A DNA stretch of 64,000 nucleotides from Phoronis australis (taxonomy: Eukaryota; Animalia; Phoronida), in assembly GCA_002633005.1 (NCBI GenBank), contig NMRA01000098.1, positions 858,128 through 922,127 of the forward strand, read 5' to 3'. Shown piece after piece: positions 51,672 through 64,000 of this stretch (positions are counted from its first letter, which is position 1; each line of letters begins with the position of its first letter). A model generated the notes under the pieces. It had not been told where the DNA came from. It did not search any database and saw only the letters and a list, made by a program, of their open reading frames with translations. A program made the position numbers and the translations under genes.

Positions 51672-52044
51672 ATGGCCAAGAAGAGTTGGGGCCCGTTCCA
51701 ACAAAAGTGACTTAGCTAAGACAAATCTTAAATTTTAGAAAATTTTAAGATAAAACTTCAATTTGTCTCGAGACCGTTTCAAGAAAGAGATCTTAAGTTT
51801 GAATTAAGTTTTTGACAAAAGTTTTGTCTTAATTTTAACTATCTTGCCGTATGTGGAAGTTTCAAAGCGTGGAAGTTAAGACAAATCTTAGACTTAAGTC
51901 AAAAATGAACTTAAGTCAGTTTCTTGGAACGGGCCCCTGGTGTGCGGGTGTGAAAGGTGTTCTTTTAGACATTACAGGTGTATTGTACAATAGCGGGCCA
52001 GAAGGAGGGGTTTCAATTGACGGCTCCGTGGATGCAGTGCGAAG
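51672..52044 (+). CDS. LHPP: LHPP exon 1 (interrupted by a MITE after codon 6)
   Basis: MAKKSW [MITE] [34 protein letters not shown]; donor at 52045. Confidence 0.85.
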
Positions 52045-55000
52045 GTATTGTATTATCTTAAGCACTGGCTTTATTTAGTGTCTACAGTACGAGCACGTTG
52101 AGGGACATTACTATTGCTGTGTGTTAGTGATTGACTCAACCTACGACACTACCGTACTACGACAGTCAGTAGGCTACGCGTGATCTTGGTCTTGGAATCT
52201 GAAGTTCACTCGAGCATTCCAAAAATGCACGAGGATCCAACTGCCAAGACTGCAAGAGGCAAAGTATAACAAACTAGTGAACCACCACCTCCTTTTGCCG
52301 TCTCCAAAAAGTTTCAATGAAAACATCCTCTTCACCAATGTAACGTAGTACCGGGTGTACGACGTGTAGGCCTACAATCGAATTATATTGTCAAAGACAA
52401 AGTAATCAGCATTGAATCAAACGACATCCTAGTAACGAAAACACATGCATCAAACTATTTATACAAGCTAAAGGTATTCGTCATAGTAACACGTGATGAA
52501 CATTTTAAATGCTACCAGAACTAATAAACATCTGTTAGAAACTCAATGCATGACATCTTCCTCCCCTGGTCATCAGCACTGGTCGGATATAGTGGTCCCT
52601 GATTTAGAGAACCAGGCAATTGCTGAATAACGTAATTTCCCATTCTTGTCTCGTAAAAAGAGTAAAAACAAATTCGTATTAAACTATAAAATGTCCTGAT
52701 GGTGCCGCCCGTAGTAATGACAGCATCATGATTTTGTTATGTTTTCATGTTTGCAGATTAAAAGTCAGTGGTCGCCCAGTCCGCTTCTGCACCAATGAGA
52801 CACAGTGTACTCGTCAGCTGCTTGTGAAGAAACTTCAGAAGCTTGGTTTTGAGATAGACCTGAAGGAGGTGTTCTCGCCTCTCCCTGCTGCCTGTCAGTA
52901 TCTGAAAGAACACAACCTTCGACCTCATCTTCTGGTCCACAAAGGTATGAAGATGGCAGAAAGGTGAGGGGCCTTGAACCAAACTGTGCTCCTATTAAAC
53001 CCTTTCAATGAAATGAATCACCACTGAATTGAAGACATTTTCAAAAAATACTATTTCTGATTCTTAAAGAAAGCTTTCAGAGTTATTAAAATGTTTTTTA
53101 TTCCTCAAAATCATACACACGATGGTAATAGATAAAGTAAAACCTGTGATTTATGTTCAAGGCCCTTGAGGTATAACACATCAGCAAGTACAAATAATTA
53201 AGACATCATGTGCTGTTTTTTGGCAGTTTCTTTTAATTTTTTTATCTCAAAATGTCCCCTAGTGTTCTAACATTTTGATGAAATTTTGCCTCTGTTGATT
53301 CATATGCAGATTTTTCTCTGTTTCTGTTGTGTTAAAGGAGGTTGGCTGTAAAATCAGCTCGACACGGAAAGTACATAGAAATAAAATTGCAAACGAGTTT
53401 TTCAACTACAATTGGATTTGCAATCAGTATGAATGGCATCTTTGTCTTTGTAATTTGAAAGCATTAATTTGTTGTACATTTCAGACACTCAACCTGTTTT
53501 GTTGGATTTCAGATGCTTGTCCTGAATTCTCTAACTTTGAGCAGTCTGAACCAAACTGTGTCGTGCTTGGGGATGCCGCGGATGAGTTCTCATATGAAAA
53601 TGTCAATGCTGCATTTAAACAGTTGATTTCCATGACAACCCCGGTGCTCATCACAATGGGCAAAGGGTAGGTTACAGAGAAAATGAACGATCTCATTTAA
53701 CAGAAATGTGATTTTACCACTGGTGCTGTGTTGAAAATAAATTAACGAGCTCTATTCAGAGGAAGACTTGTTTCCAAATTAAGATTGAGAAGATTTGTCG
53801 AAGTTCGTGTGGGTTTGTAGAAGTTGAGGAAAACAGCAGAAAATAGACAAATATAATAATTATTCTACATTGTTTGTCATTTAGCTGGCAAATTCTTCAA
53901 AAGTTTGATGTGATGAAATTTTATCGACATTGTTCCCAACATGCTGTATATGGTACAGGCCATGGGTAATAGGACAAAATTTTGTTTTCCTGTCATGATG
54001 CATCATTACCCATCATGACGAATCATGATTACACACTGTGATGGGTCATTACACATCGTGACGGGTCATTCCGTCTCATCTGATGGTTGCACTCAACCGT
54101 CATGATGTAGAAATCCGGGTTATTTTGTACGAATTATTTTGATGTGTATTGTATGCAGTAGTGGTTGAATAGTCTTTGAAGCTTATGTTTGACATTCATC
54201 CATAGTTATTGTGTTTGTACGCTGGGCGCATTTTTCCCCGTTTTCTCCTTTTCAGAAAGTACTATCTGGAGACAGACGGTTTCAAACTTGATGTTGGCGC
54301 TTATGCAGCAGCCCTGGAGGTACGGCTCTTAAAGGCTGTTTCAGTTTGTGCCGCAGTAACACAGTGTGCCGTTGTACTGTTCTATTGCCCTGTAATACAT
54401 TGACACAATGGCATGTGTGCAGTGGCATACCTACCTGCCTTGGACTGTATGCACTGCTACTTTTAGTTGGTCATCACCAATTTCATGAATCAAATGGATG
54501 TGTGAGTCTTATATTCTACATTCAGTGGTATCCCATAGTAAATGTATATAATTTATTTGGATGTTATTTCAGCAAGGGAAGCAAGCAGAGGCGGATCTAC
54601 AGGGGGTGTTCAGGGGGTTTAAACCCCCCTCGGGACAGGATCAAAAATAAAAACTGGACAAAAATCGCCAGAAAAACGAAATTAGCTACTAAAAATCCCA
54701 AAAAATCTTACACGGGAGGAGGGGAACCCTCTCGCGACCTTCCTTCTCCTCGGCGCTACGCGCCTCGGATTCTCTCGAATCCTAAACCCACCCCTTACTG
54801 AAATCGTAGATCTGCCACTGGCAAGCATATGGAATGTAGAGTGGGAATGAGGCAAACTATGTTGGAAGCACATACAAATCATATTTTTGCTTTAAGGGAA
54901 ATTATCTGTTTTACGTCCGAATAATGGCATGTTTGGAATTACTGTTGGATGGGATGGACTTCAATTCCATGCTAAAGTTCACTTAAAAAATTACTATTGT

Positions 55001-56970
55001 CGCCGATAATGTCCCTTTAACTCAGTTGAAGTTCCACAGTACTGTATTGTACTAGCTCATACTGTCCCTTTAACTTGGATGAAGTTCCGCGGTACTGTAT
55101 AGTACTAGCCCATGCACGAGAGAAGTCTGATTTCATTTTACTCAATTAAACTCATAAAATCCCTTGCTCTGGTTGGATCAGACTTGTACTGGTTTGACTG
55201 TATTTCAGACAAGTTATTTGTCCCCAATTATACGTTTTGAACTTTCAGTATGCATGCGGAGTCAAGCCAACACTGATAGGGAAGCCTTCCAAGGAATTTT
55301 TCCATGCTGCTGTCAAAGATATGGGACTAACACCTGACCAAGTGAGTTACTCTGGATGAAAGTTTTAGGTTTTGGTTTACTGAAACATCAAATGAACTTT
55401 GTTTAAACATCTGGCAGGCTCATTTGCTGTCTTTCGACTGAACACAATGGTAGTTAAAATTATGTGTACTGTTGAACATTCAGAAGTAGAGAACCTACTT
55501 TCAGTTATTCAGTTGAAACTGAAATTCTTGATAGAAATTTGCACACATTGGATTTTGGGCTTTGTCTATTCCTCTTATTTCAAAATCATTTATCTCAAGG
55601 CTCGACTTTTTGTTACAGGTCATCATGGTTGGTGATGATATAGTGAATGATGTTGGAGGAGCTCAGGCAGCAGGCTTGCGAGGGATACAGGTCAGGACGG
55701 GAAAATACAGGTGTGTTTAAAGGTAGTACAAAAAATATCAGTGGTGGGCAAACTTGCCCTTTTATCATTCTTCAAGTTCTTTGTTGCAAGTGTCCAGAAG
55801 TTTTCAAACTTTTCAGTGATGGTAAATATCGTACCAATCTTGAAAATTGTAAACTAACATATTAATTTTGTGCGGTATTGTGTCTTATACATAAAATGAG
55901 ACTACGAAATTTCAGCTGTCAGCCACATTGTGTCCTAAATTGACAAGGAATTAACGTAAATCCATGGGGATATCGTAGTGTCAGTGGTTATCACAATAAT
56001 AGTGTTAGCTGATTGTGGACATGTGCATGCACAATGTACCAAATTCTGCTTGATGCCTCCTTTTAGATTTGCTGAGATTTCCAGAAATAGATCTTTATTG
56101 TGTATGAAGGCCTGAAATAAATTGATGACATCACAGCTTCATTCTAACGTGGTGTTTGAAGTACTGTGGAAACAAAAATGCAGGTTGTTTTGCGAGTTGG
56201 AACAGATCAAAATGATTTTTAAAGAGCATTTTCCTTAGTTTGTACTTGGTTAATATTCTATTTACTCCTGATATCATTATTACAATTCACTGCAAATTCC
56301 TTACATTTTTTTTCTTCAACTTGACTCTACTAACTCCATGGTCACGCTTGTCATTATTTCATCTTAGATATGCTGTTTCAAACCAAACCAGTTTTCATTA
56401 AAAAGTTTACATCAATTATTGTCCAACGTTGTGTGTGTAAAACCAGATAATTCATCAGTGTGTGTCTGCATGCACAATGCGACGGTTAATTTTTGCGGTG
56501 TTCATTGTACTGTTTGATAAATTCTTTTCTCTAGGGGCAAACCATATTTTCATGCTTCAGTAGAGTGTCTGGTTTTGTTTTCTCTTAAACTTGAATGTGT
56601 TTGTCACCAGATGGTGCAGGGAGCAAAACCTCATACTGTACCATCTGACGAAATCATTGTTTTGAGGTGGAAGTCTTTGTTTGGATTTTAGTGTTCCGAA
56701 TTACACTTAATAAAAGAATTTACTGAATGCAGTTCATTGATTGCTTGTATGGACACATTCCATGCCGTTAGCTTAGTTTATTCCAGTTTCAAATTCGCAG
56801 TATATGCTTGACCTAATTAGAGCTATGTGGGTCTTTAATAATATCATGAATGCAATTCCAGAGCGTCAGATGAAAGTCACCCAACAGTGAAACCAGACGC
56901 TTATGTTGACAATTTGTCAGAGGCTGTGGAAGCCTTACTCAACTCATCGCCAGACATATCAGGAAGTTGA
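51672..56970 (+). CDS. LHPP: Phospholysine phosphohistidine inorganic pyrophosphate phosphatase (HAD IIA), 7 exons, ~273 aa when the exon-1 MITE is removed
   Basis: [26 protein letters not shown]...[29 protein letters not shown]; exons splice in frame. Confidence 0.93.
51688..51937. mobile_element. PIF/Harbinger-like MITE (~250 bp) inside LHPP exon 1
   Basis: TIR ggggcccgttccaa / ttggaacgggcccc; TGG on both sides (51687-51689 and 51938-51940, boundary ambiguous by 1-2 nt); second copy at 10514. Confidence 0.9.
52757..52944 (+). CDS. LHPP: LHPP exon 2
   Basis: [16 protein letters not shown]...LRPHLLVHK. Confidence 0.93.
53513..53666 (+). CDS. LHPP: LHPP exon 3
   Basis: [34 protein letters not shown]...PVLITMGK. 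Confidence 0.93.
53990..54110. repeat. Degenerate ~20-bp minisatellite
   Basis: Repeats of cattacacatcgtgacgggt-like units. Confidence 0.5.
54256..54319 (+). CDS. LHPP: LHPP exon 4
   Basis: [21 protein letters not shown]. Confidence 0.93.
54586..54820. mobile_element. 235-bp MITE with 5-bp TSD in LHPP intron 4
   Basis: cagaggcggatctac ... gtagatctgccactg; GCAAG on both flanks; same family as 1-90. Confidence 0.85.
55010..55112. repeat. Two-copy ~53-bp tandem duplication
   Basis: tgtccctttaact...gaagttcc...gtactgtat.gtactagc twice. Confidence 0.7.
55249..55341 (+). CDS. LHPP: LHPP exon 5
   Basis: [31 protein letters not shown]. Confidence 0.93.
55619..55710 (+). CDS. LHPP: LHPP exon 6
   Basis: [30 protein letters not shown]. 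Confidence 0.93.
56862..56970 (+). CDS. LHPP: LHPP exon 7 (terminal)
   Basis: [35 protein letters not shown]. Confidence 0.9.
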
Positions 56971-59900
56971 ATCTTCGCTTGATGTTAGTGCAATTTAGAT
57001 TTAACATCTAATTTATTGTAATGAGATGCTATGATAATATATTTATATAATCATAGTACACTATCATGAGATTTTCTTTTGTTTTAAATTTCGTTTAATC
57101 ACTGAATTTTCAAAACTTTCACTTTTAAAGCCCATGCTCAATGATACGCCGACTCTCCATTTGTGACTCGCTTGCGTCCCATGAACAGCCATCTACAGAG
57201 AATTTCAGTAACCAAAATCCTCACATTTTGAAGCATGCCAAGATTTATACAATGACACTTGGCTTACCTCAAAATCCAACTGCTGCCTGGTAGTTTGATG
57301 ATTGGCTCATGTTGCACACCCAGCAGAATTAATCAGGAGCATATTAATATAGCAACATTTTACAAACATTTTGGGTTGTAAAAGTTGCATTTCTTATCCG
57401 TTTTTCAAACTTCAAAAACCTAATAATGTACTTTTCATGAGCTATTCAAGTATGTTATTTGAACACTTTCAAAACGAAAACTTAAAAATACTATTGTAGC
57501 GTCCCCAATGTGTTGATGATGGATCTCATAATCTAGAGAACAATAACTTCAGCAGCCTTAGCGATGTAAGTAACTACAACAGCATGGTGTCTTTGATAAA
57601 TGCCAGCAGATTTTGAGGTACGCAAACTGGCGGAGTTACCCAATCTCAGCTGGTGAGAGTGGCAATGTAGGATTCTTTTCATGGCAGTTAGGATGCAACA
57701 TAACTGCCCACCAGCAACACTTAGAAAAGTTTCTTTTGATGAGCCAATGCTGGTCTTATCACCCACCCTTCCGATTTGAGGTTCTCGAGTCTAGTACACA
57801 CCAAAAATTATCAGACGAAGATTAAGCTATACATACATGTAGACGATCTGTGTAACAATGAACCTTCCAGGTCTTATCGAAGACATTCATTGTGTCCGAG
57901 ATTTGCCAAATCCGAAATTAAAACCACAGAACTGTTTACTTGACATTTTTGCCTATGTAAGGCTATCCAACCACGTGCCCATCTGCGTGTAGTAAATCAC
58001 GCTGTGAAATCGAGAAGTACGCGCACGATCCATTTTAGACTCGCATTGTAAAGATGGTGAAGTTTCCAACTGGGACATTGAAATTGTTGTGTTATAAACT
58101 TATGAACATTGTATCTGTGTTTGTTAAAGGGAAGCATAGAAAACATATTTTGCATTAGACAAAAACGGGACTTGCAGAATGAAACATTATAAGCAGGCGA
58201 ACAAAAACAAGGTAATTCAATGGGTATTTTTAAATCCCTTGATGATCACATAACCATTACATGAACAAAAGCATCATCCAGACTATTGTTTTGTCTCAAA
58301 AATTTTGATTTTTCACGTAGATCCCTATATTTCGACACATGCAATTGCTTCACATAATTGCAACTTCTGTTTCTTTATTTAACAGGGTACAAGAAGTATC
58401 TGGGATTTTCTTTTAAGTCCTTTTAGTCCAAAAGCTCAGGAATCAAAAACGTAGACATTCCACTTTTGCAAAGAATGTTGAATGTCTTCTGACATTAGGT
58501 TTTGGGCTTAAATGCCTTAAAAGAAAATTTCAGACAAGTCAAGCTTTTGTTGGTAATAGAATAATGAACCAAAGTCATGTTTGTTTAAATTACGGCAATC
58601 TCAGCGAAAAATCAAGACTGGTTAGAGGAAACATGCCAAACATCTAGGCATTACTTTTGTGCACATAATGAGATGCTGTGTTCATCAAGTATTACAAAAA
58701 TATTGTTTTATGTATCAATGACAAAAATTTAAAAAGCTATTTAGCAACTTTGAACCTTGTTAACAAAGGTAGACAATTGCTTATATTCCTGATAGTGAGG
58801 TATGGTGGAACTTAAGTATGTAATGAACTGGTGGTTAAACATAATTGTCTTTAATGGGAAATGGCATTAATAAAAATGCGATCACATTTTTTATAACACT
58901 TTGTTATATAACCACCACAGTCTTCAACTAAAATGACCATACGTAATACATTGCATTGTCTAAAGTCTCATACACAGAGAAAGTGGAAGACTTGTCAGCC
59001 TCACTCCACAGCACAACACAAACTATGAAACCAAAACAGGTGAACTTTTAATGAGGCTAGTATCTTGCGAGTTTGGCTGACCCTGCACCTTGCAGAGCAA
59101 GTTTCTTGTGAAAAAAGCGAGATCACGCAAGCCTTTGCGAGATGTTGCATCCACTGCAAGCAAATCACATGACCTTGGTATGCTGGAACTTGGAATTCTG
59201 TTTAATCTCATGATCGCATATGCATGAACTTGGAATACATTAGAAAACTTGGCAAGTTCACTCAAATAATTACGTTTATGTTGCACTGCACTAAAGAAAA
59301 TCACATGTTAATAATTAATAGCATAAATTTTAACCAACCTAAAACTTTTTAAATCTTTTGGCGTCTTTGGCGATCTTACTCACCAAACAATTTATTAACC
59401 ATTCACATATTCCTCAGGTTCTGTGACACAAGTTCCGGTAAAGGAGAAAATGAATGATCGTGGGAATAATAATTAGAAAAACAATTACACTGTAAACTTT
59501 CACCTGATTATTTTAATGAATATTTAATTCCAAGTTCACGTGCACGTAATCTTGAGAGTAAGCATAATTCCAAGTTCATGCACAGCAACCTCACGATTGT
59601 CTTCTGAACCCCAGATTACACAAGAGTGACCGTCTCGTATTTCAAGCAGAGCACGTGATCTCATCAGCTTTCACTCTCAAGTGACCAGCATTATTGAATG
59701 CGTGCAAGGTTACTGATCAAGCTCAATAAACTACAGTGAGAGACACATGACCACATAGTGCCAAGCACAATTTTGAATCTATTTCCCATATCCAATGCAC
59801 TTTATAAGTCGCAAAATGGAATGAAATAGTTGCTATGCCAATAACAAAAACTGTTCGTTAGTCTTGGTTGACTTACGAACAGCAAGCAATGGGTACAAAA

Positions 59901-60172
59901 ACCATGCTGCTAATTTGCCAGACTTCAGCAAAGGTCCAGCTTGTGTTGTGTGAGTTTCACGATATGTACCACGTTTCCTATCTGATAAATGACACAAGCC
60001 TGCTTGGAAATCTGCATTGTTGAAAAAGTTAAATATCCCCAGTTCTTCCAAGTTCGAGTACTCCAAACATCCTCATGCTACTGTCATCAGGCCAAACACT
60101 ACTTGATCATGTGACTCCCTACTTTACCAATCAAAACACAATAAATAAATTTGCTCTTAAATACCTATACCA

Positions 60173-60512
60173 TCACACAATTCTATTACTGCACATTGTG
60201 TATCTGTCAATCTCTGACAATGGTGGTGCGGGCCCTTTATCTTTATTACTAGGGACAACCTCGCCCTCTGTTGGTGGGACAGCTGAACTATCTGCAGGCT
60301 CAGAGTTCCCAACACCATTTTCAGTCACTCTCTTCTCCTTGACTGGCGATTTTGGCGGTGTTTTAACAGGAGTCTGAGTGTTCTTTGGCAAGTCTTTCGA
60401 GTATTTGGCATCGGTATCCGCATCACTCTGTTTTGATTCTGCACAGCCGTTGACATAACCATGTGACTTGCCTAAGACAATAATGCTACAGAGAAGCTTG
60501 GTCGTTGACAAC
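60173..60512 (-). CDS. TAPT1: TAPT1 terminal exon
   Basis: tttttcag acceptor; LSTTKLLCSIIVLGKSHGYV...LSEIDRYTMCSNRIV*. Confidence 0.9.
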
Positions 60513-63500
60513 CTGAAAAAGAGAAAAACCATTGGTCCAAAGCACACATTGCATGCACAAAAATTCGAAACACTTGCAATGCTCCAAAAGCAAAATATTT
60601 TTCTTGGAGAAATGTCACGTTACCAACTAAGCATATCTGGGTGCATCTTCAAACAGCTTTGTGGTCCTAATCAGTCAACCAAGAAATAGTGGTGCATACC
60701 TTCAAAAATGTCTGGTTGTTTAATCAAGCTTTACAGCCTTCTTTACTCAGTCTTTCATAAGAAAAGTTGTTTACGAAAACTGGACAAAGCATTGTTTGTA
60801 AACAAACTGTGCTATATTATCGACACAGTTTGCTAAAACACGCGCATAATTTATGTAGTGATGATGAAACTTGTGACAAATGAGGGCCAGTACACATTCA
60901 AGTAATAAAACAAAATGATGCAGAATGACGTCTGATCATCAGCCAAATTGCTAGTCATAAGGGCTCAGTGCAAGTGGAATTCATATTCAGAGTCGTTGGA
61001 ATGACTCATCACTACAGGGAAGTGGAATTTTGCCATGTACTGCATAAACACTGGTGCTTGTATTTGAAAACATGATAGAAAATATTTAGGAAACAAAAAT
61101 CAACTACCAAAAAATAACTAACTTAGAAACTATCAAATGCCATTAAACATACTTAAACTTCGTTTCCTCCAGAAAAAGGTGAATAACAGCCAAGGCTAAT
61201 GTCTGATTCACTAGAAGAACAGTGGCGTTAATGAAAGATAATTTATTACCATATATAGGCCAATACAATACAGCCCCACGCAGTAACTGTATTGACAGTC
61301 ACCGATTGGCTGATGATGCGATACAATAGAACACCAAGTGGTAGAGGGATGAATCCAAATTTCCTTGATATCAGATCAAATTGATCTGTGTAGGCCTAAA
61401 AGCAAGAAAATTAAACTATCAGTAAACAAAAATGAACAATATAGACAGGGCTTTAATTAATCAGTAAATGAACTGAATTGAGTGCTGTTTTGGTAATATC
61501 ATTATTATCCTGGGACATTTCATTTTATACGATGGCGAGTGTTGAATGTTTTGATATCAAAAGACAACACTGTTTTCTATGAATACTCTGTGGTTGGCTT
61601 GCCAAACCGCTTCATTTTTGCTTTAATTATTTTATCTCACTTTAAAGATTGCCGTGTTTGATTCGGCCAGTCATGTAGAACTCAATGTAACTTAAAGTCT
61701 AACCAAGACAACACGATTTACAAAAGCTTTACACAATAGTCAAGCCTGACATGCACAAAGTCAGGATATCATACTCTTGCCCACTGTAAAAAAAAACATG
61801 TAAACTGCTTCATTTGGCAATAAACCTAGTCTAACCAAGACAACACGATTTACAAAAGCTTTACACATTAGCCAAGCCTGACATGCACAAAGTCAGGATA
61901 TCATACTCTTGCCCACTGTAAAAAAAAACAATGTAAACTGCTTCATTTGGCAATAGACTTGTCGCCAGGTATTACAGCACGATCAGATAGTTATTAATGG
62001 ACTTTCAGCGTCCTCTAAGTCTTGGCCACTTTTTCCACATCCAGGTTGCCAGTCATTAATAATTTAATGTTACCAATCTTTTAGAATTAACAACAAACAA
62101 AATTGACTGGGTTGAGACAGACACAAATTACCCTCAGGTATTTGCTTGAGCTGGTCGGGTATGTTGGCTTCCGGCATAAGCAGGCTTAATGCCAGCATAC
62201 CGCATTTTGGAAAGGACAACACACACAACACAAGAACAGAGTAGTGTGATTTAGTTTCTCCTGTTGTAAGTACATAGATACACTGAAGTCATCAAAACTA
62301 CAAAATGCACCTTCTAGAGTATCAATCATTTAATGTTTCCTAGTTAGAAGATATCAACGTCATGTGAAGCTACAATGGATCAAAAGGAGGAGAGGAAATC
62401 AATGTGGAATTTTGTATTACACTCATTTGGTAAGAATTACTTCCAGTCAAAATAATTAGAAGACCGATAGCATGCTGGTGAAGCTAGTCAACTCACCTGC
62501 CTCTGTCTGCTGCCAATGACATCTTTAGACAGACTGACACAATACTCGTGGTACACCTGCAAACAATAAGCCATCAGTTAGACACTTGAAGTCCTTCTTA
62601 GGTAAAGATTTAATGCTCATTTTCCATTTTTACTTAGTTTATTGTAAATTATAATTTCTAAAATAAAGGTAATATGTGAAACAAGAGCAAACCGTGTGCA
62701 TCGCAAACGACAAAGATATAAGAGGCGCTCGCTTTTTCATTTACTTCCACACTAATGAATTTCAACATGAGTAATGCAGTGTTGAAATGCACCCACAACA
62801 GTGTGTTCCATGGGTGTTTTAATATCATGAAAACGCCCACTAGGCAACGAAGAATACAACAACGCTGTCCAAAAAAGGACCCAGATTTCATGAAAATCCA
62901 ACCATGAACTCTGAAGATACAGAGGCAACCGTAAAAACCTAAAGTTGCCACTACGGAGCACAGCGGTAGTTGGATCGGTCCGAAATTCGTCATCAACTGT
63001 TGTCAGACTCATAGGAGCACATCTGCCAAATCTCTTTAAGAGTCTGCATGGAGTTCAGGAGATGCAGCAGCAGACGACAGAATACGAGATGTGACAACAA
63101 TATACACCTACATGTAAATATGTGGGCACATAAACATGAGTCTAAGGGATGTTAGTAGTACTTGTTAGCCAGAAATTGGCAAATGCAATTCAGGTGGATA
63201 TTCAGATTACTACTAGGGGGCACTGCAAAAGATGGGTACATCCAATAATCAATGTTGACCATCTTCACTTTAAGCGAAATTCATTTGCTATGATTCTTCA
63301 GGGAGTCTGGCAAATAGAGAGGCCAACATTTAACTGGTAAAAATTGAGAAACAATGAAATACTAGTCCAGTAAAAGTTGAAACACATTCCAACCCAAACT
63401 CTTTGCTGGTAGAGTACACACAAAGTTTCTCTGCACACCCCATATCTCAAAATCTCTTTTAAAGTCACTGTGAATGGGACTTCAGTCAATATACTGACTT

Positions 63501-63634
63501 GATTTTCAAAATGGGCACACCCACCTCAGCTGGAATGCCGTTGAATTTTGTAATAAATGCGTGCTTGACCCAGTCGACAAAGACCTCGGAAATCATAATC
63601 ATTAAGATGTCTGGAATGAGAGTCCACAGGTGGT
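60173..63634 (-). CDS. TAPT1: Transmembrane anterior posterior transformation protein 1 homolog, last four coding exons (5' part outside window)
   Basis: HLWTLIPD...VDWVKHAFITKFN, VYHEY.VSL, AYTDQFDLISRKFGFIPLPLGVL, IIVLGKS, C-terminal EIDRYTMCSNRIV*; splice phases agree. Confidence 0.92.
61250..61395 (-). CDS. TAPT1: TAPT1 penultimate exon
   Basis: AYTDQFDLISRKFGFIPLPLGVLLYRIISQSV... Confidence 0.92.
61696..61954. repeat. Two-copy ~132-bp tandem duplication in a TAPT1 intron
   Basis: agtctaaccaagacaacacg...cttcatttggcaata at 61696 and 61828; no N at the junction. Confidence 0.85.
62497..62556 (-). CDS. TAPT1: TAPT1 internal exon
   Basis: VYHEYCVSLSKDVIGSRQRQ; AG acceptor and GTGAGT donor. 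Confidence 0.9.
63525..63634 (-). CDS. TAPT1: TAPT1 internal exon
   Basis: HLWTLIPDILMIMISEVFVDWVKHAFITKFNGIPAE. Confidence 0.92.
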
Positions 63635-64000
63635 CTGGAACAGAAATCAAATTAAAAGCTACAGAAAATCTTCAATAACTGGAGCTTCTTTTCTACTAAA
63701 AGTTTTAAGTAGAATTTGTTCAAGAAATGACATATTGCAATATTTCCCTTCCAGTGTTTACACTCTCTGTAGACCCTATCATACTAACTTAACTCGAGTA
63801 TGAGCAGAGCGTCCATGTAAACTGTGAAGTTAATTGAACTGTTCGTACCAACTTCGGTAGTTACAGGCATCGAAGTAAACTTTAGGTGATGCTGTCTTCA
63901 TCCAAGTAATGGAAAGGTAACGCTGATGCATCCCGTGCACGCTACAATTTTTTTAAGTGACAATTTAAGAACATTTACAAGTGTTAATTAACATAAAACT

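Noticed and set aside
51685-51919. LHPP MITE acting as a spliced-out intron (introner)
   Set aside because: The only obvious pair (A|GTTGGG donor, tcag acceptor at 51919) is weak and leaves the downstream exon out of frame.

Overview
Animal (invertebrate-like, AT-rich) genomic scaffold with one 768-nt N gap and several single-N contig joins. The left half (1-30 kb) is mostly non-autonomous DNA transposons (several nested, some with readable TIRs and TSDs), LINE 3' remnants, and an orphan bidirectional promoter at about 2.5-2.7 kb. The right half is a compact cluster of four conserved genes: HDAC1/2 (+, 14 coding exons), MLH1 (-, only 2 coding exons), LHPP (+, 7 exons, head-to-head with MLH1) and the 3' part of TAPT1 (-). 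Most notable: (1) a ~250-bp MITE sits in codon 6 of LHPP, turning the native start into a uORF while supplying new in-frame ATGs; (2) MLH1 keeps only one intron among intron-rich neighbours; (3) a 4.7-kb TIR element is flanked by a ~96-bp direct duplication; (4) HDAC1 probably has alternative last exons. Tandem duplications joined by a single N are probably uncollapsed haplotypes. All calls were made by eye and from recalled protein sequences; no searches were run.
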